From Antedon mediterranea (Eukaryota; Animalia; Echinodermata), in assembly GCF_964355755.1 (NCBI RefSeq), contig NC_092677.1, positions 9,074,101-9,138,100 on the forward strand: a stretch of DNA of 64,000 bases, in the 5' to 3' direction. How positions within the stretch are numbered: the first letter of the stretch is position 1; every line of letters begins with the position of its first letter. The notes beneath the pieces are model-generated. The model saw only the letters and a list, made by a program, of their open reading frames with translations. It made no database searches and was not told where the DNA came from. Shown piece after piece: positions 55,802 through 64,000 of this stretch. The position numbers and the translations under genes were made by a program.

Positions 55802-56112
55802 ACAAATAATGAATGTTTATGAGTGCAATGATACAAATAATGGCACGAGGTGAATGATGAAAGGTTATATCAACGAGGCAAAGCCGAGTTGATATAACCT
55901 TTCATCATTCACCAAGTGCCATTATTTGTACCATTACACGAATACAAAACATTCATTATTTGTTTTATATAACATCTAGACGTTTTTTTTTCGTACACAA
56001 AAATGTTTCAAAAAGTACTATTTAACGATCGTTGAATAGTGCGTACTATTGCACGCCATGTGACCCACATTCGTCCAATCAAATGACAGGAATTTATATA
56101 GGTGTTATATAA
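55802..56112. mobile_element. Foldback element with ~73-bp arms and GAGGCAAAGCCGA apex (possibly Crypton-like, non-autonomous)
   Basis: Arms 55802-55874 and 55888-55963, inner 26 bp perfect; TTATATAA repeated at 55965 and 56105. Family assignment is inference. Confidence 0.65.
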
Positions 56113-56357
56113 TGTTTAATATTAGCTAATTCTGAAGGAGAAATGTTAATTGTTTATAAATACCCGTTTGTGCAACTTATTATTTCTGCGACAGATGGTT
56201 CTTAAATGAGTCTAGTATTAATACAAGTGTGTTCAAATCGAAACCACTGTTTTGTTTTTGTTCAGTATATACGCACTGGAATCGCTTTGATATAAATAAT
56301 AAAACAATAAATAGATGACTTGTTATTTATTATTAAAAATATGGCACTATCATTTCT

Positions 56358-56528
56358 CTTCAAAGGACAAATTAATGGGGAAATGACAATGCTTTGTGCA
56401 TCACTGAGTGGACCTCAATGAAGATACAAATTAAAAAAAAGTTATATCAAAACGATAAAGTCAAACAGCCAGAAAGAAAATATCAGAACTTTGGGCATGC
56501 AACACTAGCCCTTCCTCAGTGACAAGTA
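56358..56528 (-). mobile_element. Hammerhead-bearing dispersed repeat, copy F
   Basis: Minus strand GTCA-CTGAGGA-AGGGC-TAGTGTTGCAT-GCCC-AAA-GTTC-TGAT plus family body. Confidence 0.75.
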
Positions 56529-56885
56529 TTTCTTTAAACATAAATTCATTATCCATGTTAGGCCGGTTATTTTTCATATTTAAGATTACATCTATAATGT
56601 TTAAGGTTTTTTTTAAATTTCTTTTGAGGTTCTGCTCATTCTGCACAACGTAGCCTATACAATAAGTTATATAATGTTTTGTTGCTTGTATGCATCATGT
56701 GAAACCAGAATAAGCTAATGAAATGGTCTTGTACAGTTGAATATAGAATGGTAGTTTCCACGTGGGTTGATTATTACAATTTTAATAAAGGTTAACTGTT
56801 TTCCAAATTAATTATTAAACAACAATAATTGGTTTTTAATAGCATAGTGAAAAACATTCTATTTTTCATATATCCTACGTAGCTC

Positions 56886-56957
56886 GCCGTGATAGTATAG
56901 CGGTTAGTACTTTGCGTTGTGGCCGCAAAAACCCAGGTTCGAATCCTGGTCACGGCA
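56886..56957 (+). tRNA. tRNA-His-GTG: tRNA-His(GTG), copy 2
   Basis: Identical to copy 1; T7 terminator at about 56996. Confidence 0.97.
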
Positions 56958-59573
56958 TTGAATTTATACAATGACACGGCAGTGGGATGTTGTATTTTTT
57001 TTCCTTTCAACCTTCATTAATTAAATTGATTTTTCAATTTTGATTTATTGTCAATTCATTAAATTTAAATTATTAGTAGTATAGTATTTTGATTTTTTCC
57101 AAAAATAAAATTATTTATTTTAATAAATAACACTACCGTACTCGTTTCAATAGTAATCTCTAGTTTTATTTTGAAGACGATTTGATAAAAATTTTGACAG
57201 ACATATTTTAGGAAATCGTGTCCCATCGCCAGTATATACAAATTGCACCGGTATTCAAATACAGACACATAACATTCAGAAAAGCTTTACACACTGATGA
57301 TGGAAAACAGTATTTTTTTAAACATTTTAAAATGGTCGTCCGACTTCAAAATAAAAAATGAGATTAGACCTACTATTGAAACAAGTAAATTAATGTATCT
57401 CAGTATCTCTTGTATAATATTCTTGAATAAAATTCTGGAGTACATTGTGGAAAAACGAAATATCGAATCATAACTTATTTTTTTTTTTTTTAGTTTGCTC
57501 AAACTCACAGGATTATGGACAAAGAAACCCTAATCGTCGATGCCAGACATACATATTCTTTTATGGATGCGAATGTTAATTCATACAAAGATGACTGTAA
57601 TACATTGATATAGGCTGAGTACTTTTATGTCGATGCTATCTCAAATTACTATGAGTTGCAACTTTAAAAAAAAACCTCTATTTTATTAAAAGTTTTTCAT
57701 TTTAACCATTGACCACAGCGTTTTTATTCGTTTTCAAAAACAAATTTCCACCTGTTTTTTCTCAAATGTTAACACTTTTTGTTTTGCAACCACTTGAATA
57801 TTCTGTTCAACGTCTTTCGGAATTACATTATTATAAAGTATCAACTTTGCTACAATCAAGATTGGAGATATATAATCTGTTGTTACGTTTATAATCAAAT
57901 TCCATGAGTAAATAACAATCCATAGTAATGTTTGCAATGGTATGCATGAATCAGTGCCACTAGTTTAAATAAAATTACTATTGACTTGAATTGGTGAGTA
58001 GCTATATCGTTTTAGGACTTCGCAAAATCCGGTAGGTCCTTTTGTAATTTGTTTGACCTCCGATCAATAATGTTTAATTTACAACTATATAAATGTATTT
58101 ATTAAAATCAAATATATTAAAACACCTCACATTTTAAGTAAGCATTTTTCCCAGTAAATTTACTTACACACAATAACGAGGATGTTGGTATTACCGGTAG
58201 GCCTACTAGAAAAACGAAAATAGGAAATACTACACGATTAATTTTCCATTTAAAAAAATCTAATGTTGAAAACAAAAACTGGAATATATTCGGAACTAAG
58301 GACAGACCACCGGATGGATATGTTGTCTTTGGTTGGAACTAATATTTCATAATTCGAGGCTTGACTAAAATGGTGGAATTTCATGAAGTGAATATCATTT
58401 TCAACCACAGTGTTCGAGACTCAATGTTGTTGAAACTTAGAATTATTTCTGTTCTTTCCGTTACAATATGCATTATAGAATAATGTAAAATGTTGTTAGA
58501 ATTATTTAAAACACATTTAAGCCAGACTATACTGTATGGATTTCATATTGGTAGACATAAATATTTTCAACGATAACCCCAGCTTGGATAAATATCACGA
58601 TAGTAAGTATGATACGGTACCGAATAGCGTAACGACTGCATTATCAAAAGGGCGAAACAGACCAATAAACATATTATTAATTGATAGACATATCATTTTT
58701 CAAACTAATCAACTAAAATTTATTTAGTTAATTAATTAACTATATATTTAATTTATATTATTTAAGTTAATAAATTTTTTTTTTCAGCGGCCCGGTTTAA
58801 AATTTGTTCTGTATTTTTCTTTTGAAAGAAAATCATAAATAAAATACACAAACGGTTAATGGAAGTAAGTGAATTTTTATTTGTATTTACTTTTTTACAA
58901 CGTATAATAACAATTATATTAATTTAAAACGTTTTGCATTAATAATGCTTAGAGAAGAATATAAATAGAAAAAAAATCTCTCGGAGGGTTTTAACTTGAA
59001 AGATGCCGCTGTATCTCTTAAATGAAATATGTAAATTTATTTTTTAATGTTGAATTAAATTAGCATTTTATTTTTGTCACCACACACATTGTGTTTTACA
59101 ATACTCATGGTATTGTTTTTGAAAACCATTTAAATGCCACTTTTTATCGTTCGCAATCAGTAATCAATAGGTTAGTCCATCACCATAGGTCTATAATTGA
59201 TTTATGTTTTCAAGCTAATTTGTCGATAACTTGCAAATTAAATGCAAACTATAACTGGACTTAATTGACAAGGTTGTGTGTATCAGTTGCTAAATCCCAG
59301 AATAGAGACAGTGCTGTATAGAGATGCAAATACAAATAAGAGAAGAGCTAAATCAAAACTGTAGGCCCTAACAGCCAGAAGGAAAGTACGAGATTAGAGA
59401 TAGAAGAAAAACTGTGTCAGGGCTAATGATTTTCATTAACTTTATTATTTCCTATTATTTTTAAATCTTTATTGGTGTTTGAATTTTCAGAATATACAAG
59501 AATATAATATTCCAATATATTTTGTTTATTTCTGATAATGCTATTTTGAACACACAGCAAGCCTTGTTTTAGT

Positions 59574-59715
59574 GGCCGTATTCACCAATCTCACTACCCT
59601 TAAAATTTAAGAATTCCCTTAACAAAGGGAAACACTTAAGGGGTATTCACAAATGAGTTAAGGGATTCACTTACCTAAGGAAAACACTTAATGTAAGGGT
59701 AAAACTTAAGGGTAA
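59574..59715. mobile_element. Possible Harbinger-like transposon end
   Basis: GGCCGTATTCAC terminus, second GGTATTCACAAA, many TAAGGG/CCCTTAA sub-repeats; no matching other end found. Confidence 0.35.
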
Positions 59716-61008
59716 AAATAATCATAAACATTCATGAGTTGTCCCATTGTCCAATCACAGAGGATTTAATTCCCCTATGGTCCAATCACTTTCCTCTCTA
59801 AAACTAATTTGCATATTTAAAAAAAGAGTAAGGGGTTGGGGGGACGGGGAGGATGAAGAGAAAAGTGTATAGACGATGGCAGTCAAAACAAAAACAAGTA
59901 GGCCTAAATGAATATTAAACCTAGACTAATTTGTATGAGGATCAAGAAAAATAGGTCTAGCCTAGATGCTACTAACAAACCAACATTCTGTATTGAGGCA
60001 TATGCTTCTATCCTAGTTCTTCTAAACTGTAAAGAGTTTCGTCTCGTCTCAACAAACAATATCTTTCCATAATGTTTTATAATGTCGTAAGATTTTAATT
60101 ATTTTGATTAAACTGTTTCAGAAACATCCTATTAAAGATTAAGTAAAAATAATTTTTGAAAAAAGGTCCATTTGTTTTGAATTTGTATTTGAATTCAAAA
60201 CAAACTTGTTTGTCTTCGAATTCTATTAGATTTTGCCTTTGAGAATAATGTAGAAAAACGTGTTCAATATGGTCACATAAATTAAAACCGCAACGAACTT
60301 ATTTATCAATTCACACTTTTGATATAGTACGCAGGCGGCATATGAATTGTATAATTGATAATTTATGAACATGTGTGTTATAGTTACATTTCAATTTCGT
60401 TATATATAGAAACGATGTTTTTGATTTTTAGTATTTATTCAAGATAATACAAGGTACCATGAAATAGGACATTTTGTAGTTTTAATCAAGTTATTCACTT
60501 TTGCCAAAAATGTTTTCGTTTGTTTACAAAAATACGAATAAAAAGTAAAATTTAACGAAACTACAATCGACTTCCAGACAATAGGCGCTTTAGCTTGACT
60601 TCTTTAAATTACGGTTTTATCATTTTTTTCGATTCAATTCTTGGTCAAAATAAATAACTATTAGGCCTATCATTTAGAATGTCTATTAATTGTTTTTCAG
60701 GACAAAATATCTAATAGATGGCTAATCAAAATGGTACCATTCAAACAGTAAACTATTTAATCAGGGTATTCTCAATTTGATGTTATTACACACCAAATTT
60801 AAAAAAAACTTTAAATTTTGTTTGTAAATAATACTAAATTGATGAAATTATAATTTATGGTAATTTTTTAAATATAGTTTGTTTTTTTGTTTTTGTTCAA
60901 ATAATTAAAAGTTAAATAATTTAGTACAAGAAACAAAATATACAAAAGGTGGTCAATACTGTATCTATAAAAAATCAATCCCACTGCCGTGTCATTGTGT
61001 AAATTCAA

Positions 61009-61080
61009 TGCCGTGACCAGGATTCGAACCTGGGTTTTTGCGGCCACAACGCAAAGTACTAACCGCTATACTATCACGGC
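61009..61080 (-). tRNA. tRNA-His-GTG: tRNA-His(GTG), copy 3
   Basis: Identical to copy 1; T6 terminator on the minus strand at about 60969-60974. Confidence 0.97.
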
Positions 61081-61695
61081 GAGCTACGTAGGATATACTA
61101 TCTTAAACCAATTGTTTTGACTTTTATTAATTCACCTATTAATCCTGGTTAATTATTTATAGTCTTGATTAATTTTTAATGGTAATTGCCAGTAAATATG
61201 AATTAAAAAATAGCAGGGAACCAAAGTAAAACAAAAAAGCAGGGAACTGGACTATTCTGTGGATTATCTGTATAAATGACATTTGTATTGTATATTATGG
61301 CAATTAAAAAAACAACAATCGGACATATTTTGAACTGTGTAAACCACATTAATTATAGAAAAGATGTGCAGTCAATGCAAACAATGAAATATTTATAAAA
61401 TTATGCAATAAAAATCTTTAAAATACAATAATTAAGCCTTTTCGATTTGCAGTAATTACACATTGTGGTAAAACTTCGAACTTGTCTTTAAAAGTTAATT
61501 TTACTTTTTAAAATAAATTTTTGTTGTGAATCCTGAATCTTTGTCAAATAACCAGATGATGATCAAACATCATGATCTGGATTCAAGTATGTTAATTAAA
61601 TATTAACCATTTTCCACCAATAATTAAACTGAATACAATTGTCTTTCATACACGAGTTTAACTAACCATCATTTTCCAGATATCCTACGTAGCTC

Positions 61696-61767
61696 GCCGT
61701 GATAGTATAGCGGTTAGTACTTTGCGTTGTGGCCGCAAAAACCCAGGTTCGAATCCTGGTCACGGCA
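61696..61767 (+). tRNA. tRNA-His-GTG: tRNA-His(GTG), copy 4
   Basis: Identical to copy 1; T5 terminator at about 61802. Confidence 0.97.
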
Positions 61768-61970
61768 TTGAATTTACACAATGACACGGCAGTGGGATAT
61801 CTTTTTCCTAAACAAAATAAGATAAAAGTAAATAATATCCAGCATCGTATTATTTCAATGCATAAATATCGAGGCATGTAAATATGTTATACTGTATAGC
61901 CTATATAAACATTTCTTTATTTTGTTTACTTTTATAAGGTACCGTATATTGTTTATATATATATATATGT

Positions 61971-62140
61971 AAATCAAAGGCAAATTACTGAACAAATGAC
62001 AATGCTGTGGGTATCAGTGGCTGGATCTCAATGGAGATTAAAAAAAGGAAGCGAAAAGCTAAATCAAAACCATAAAGTAAAACAGCCAGAAAAGTTAGCA
62101 GAGCTTTCGGGCAACACTAGCCCTTCATCAGTGCAAGTGA
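61971..62140 (-). mobile_element. Hammerhead-bearing dispersed repeat, copy G, inserted in (TA)n
   Basis: Best-preserved family member; (TA)n on both sides. Confidence 0.85.
62098..62134 (-). ncRNA. Minimal type I hammerhead ribozyme (Penelope-type)
   Basis: GCA-CUGAUGA-A-GGGC-UAGUGUU-GCCC-GAA-AGCU-C-UGC: both catalytic boxes, stem II, palindromic AGCU in place of stem III, short stem I. Confidence 0.75.
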
Positions 62141-62279
62141 TATATATACAGTATATATATATATATATATTATTATTATATACGTTGTATGCAGTTAAGA
62201 GGCTCCAAAATGTGTTGTTGCGCTCTGTTGCTGACACGACCGTTTGTTGTCGAATAAAATAAATGAAAAGGAAATGTCA

Positions 62280-62560
62280 TACGATTGCGTTAATTAGAAA
62301 TTAAATTTACCGGTAGTCAAATTCAAGAAAATATAAGGTACATATTTATGGTATTTTGTGTTGAAATAGGTTAATATTGTGGTATTTAGATATAACAAAT
62401 GTAATACGATTGCGTTTTCATCGGTTATGTACAGTATTGATGAGTGTTGTGGTTGAAAAACAATTATAAAATAAAGTTACCGGTAGTAAAGTACAAGTGT
62501 ATTTATGGTATATTTTTGTTAATAATAAGTTTAGGCCCAAATACTGTGGTATTCAGATAA
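62280..62560. repeat. Diverged local tandem duplication
   Basis: TACGATTGCGTT...TTACCGGTAGT...TATTTATGGTAT...TGTGGTATT(T/C)AGATA occurs twice. Confidence 0.6.
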
Positions 62561-63228
62561 AAAATATACAAGTATAATGAATATCGAACAGATATACACA
62601 TTGTTTAAAATGATGATATAGATTATCATTATTCCAAAAAAAAAAACATTGTAGAAGAGAATTTAACATTCATTTGAGTTCAACAACGCAACTAAATCCA
62701 AACAAGTTTTACAAAATAATAAATTTATTACCCAAAAGTATCATCATCTCTCATGTTTCTTATACAGTACTACAGTGTTATCGATGACGCTCGATAAAAC
62801 CCATTCAACATCAGTCACTCTTAAACAGAAATATCCACTGTTTCAACAAATCGGTGTGTATAGTCGGCTCGCACTGCATCGATATGTGATGGCATAATAA
62901 CTACCACAACTATCAGTTTAACATTTCAGGATTTAATTTAGGCCTAACGATTTATCTATAAAGTAATGCCGGAAATATATCGAAAAGTGATTTAGAAAAA
63001 CACGTGTTATAGAAGGGTTCGTCCAGTTGTTTTATAATTACAGTAATTTTCAAATTAGGGAAAAACATTTAAAGAATTCGTATAATTTACATTATTAATT
63101 ATTTTATTTTTTTAGATTCTAGAAACTGACAATGGTCAATGTTATTTGATTGATGATCTGATTTCTAATCAATAGATCGATTATCAAAAAGTGTAATAAT
63201 CGTGAATACATGTACAGTATAATGTAAT

Positions 63229-63265
63229 CATGGAGGTAAAAAATAATTTATTTTTTACCTCCATG
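63229..63265. mobile_element. 37-bp TIR-only mini element with 7-bp target duplication
   Basis: CATGGAGGTAAAAAATAA-T-TTATTTTTTACCTCCATG flanked by ATGTAAT on both sides. Confidence 0.7.
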
Positions 63266-64000
63266 ATGTAATGCTGTATAAGTTCACACCTTTCATGCAA
63301 GTGTACGAAAAGGTCTGTTCAATAATTATAAAAGTTAAACGAGTTAAACCATGGAGGAAGGTTTTATCAAGGCAATGTTGTTAAATTACCTAGGTTTGAT
63401 TAAACTAAATTTAAAAATATGGTGTTACAGTTTTATATTTCTATAGTTATTGTTTTGTGGTATGGGTATATCGCTAATAATAGAATGGCATTTATCGGCT
63501 TAGACCGAGAACAAATTGGTTATCATGTTGCCGTATTCGTCTCGATGTAGTGCGATTTGATTTCAAACACTTACTATCATTCTTACTTTCTTACAAATTA
63601 AAATTATTACAAATTCTTAGGTAGATTAAACTTCATCTATACATATAACACACACCTTAAGTCTTTAAAAATATCATTAAAATTACAGTGTTTGTTCAGG
63701 CTTAGTTATTGACACAGGCAAGTTAGTATGTAGGCCTAAACGTTACTAGCAATAACTGCGTGGCCCATGAAACAAACTTACCCGGGTAAATGGCTAAGAC
63801 TAAATGGGACCATAGAACGAGAAAGTACAAGGCTCACAGCTTACCTTGTGTATGTAAGGCATCGACTAACCATGAAGAAATAGAATTCTACCACAGTAAT
63901 TCAAACCGAATTTACATATTATAGATCTTATATATTAGTACGCTGAGAATCGCATTCTGAGTGCAGTAATTTAAATGTACAGAACTCAGCTGGCTAATCC

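Noticed and set aside
56792-57010. Similar ORFs at 56792-57010 and 61662-61877
   Set aside because: The shared peptide is just the antisense reading of the tRNA-His cassette.
61996-62262. 88-aa plus-strand ORF
   Set aside because: Runs antisense through the hammerhead repeat and a (TA)n tract; the frame is broken in other copies.

Overview
AT-rich (about 30% GC by eye) eukaryotic genomic DNA, most like a marine-invertebrate animal genome; the taxon cannot be fixed from the sequence alone. No ORF in the supplied track is a recognisable protein, and most are noise or lie inside repeats. Well supported: four identical tRNA-His(GTG) genes in two head-to-head pairs (53.5-61.8 kb); a tRNA-Asp(ATC)-like cloverleaf inside a small repeat element (19.2-19.7 kb); seven copies of a ~165-bp dispersed repeat whose 5' end is a minimal Penelope-type hammerhead ribozyme (core intact at 62.1 kb); a tRNA-derived SINE whose three copies share a core but carry three different 3' tails; an L2 LINE 3' fragment; several MITE families; a long foldback element; tandem repeats. 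Less certain, from splice signals only: one or more minus-strand Pol II genes with several alternative first exons (10-12 kb, 24 kb, 40 kb), a uORF-packed exon at 8.85-9.11 kb, a cluster of candidate micro/terminal exons at 12.6-15.7 kb, and a three-exon unit at 25.9-26.5 kb. TA-flanked motifs resembling transposon footprints (TAGGCCTA, TACCGGTA, TACAGTA) are strongly over-represented.
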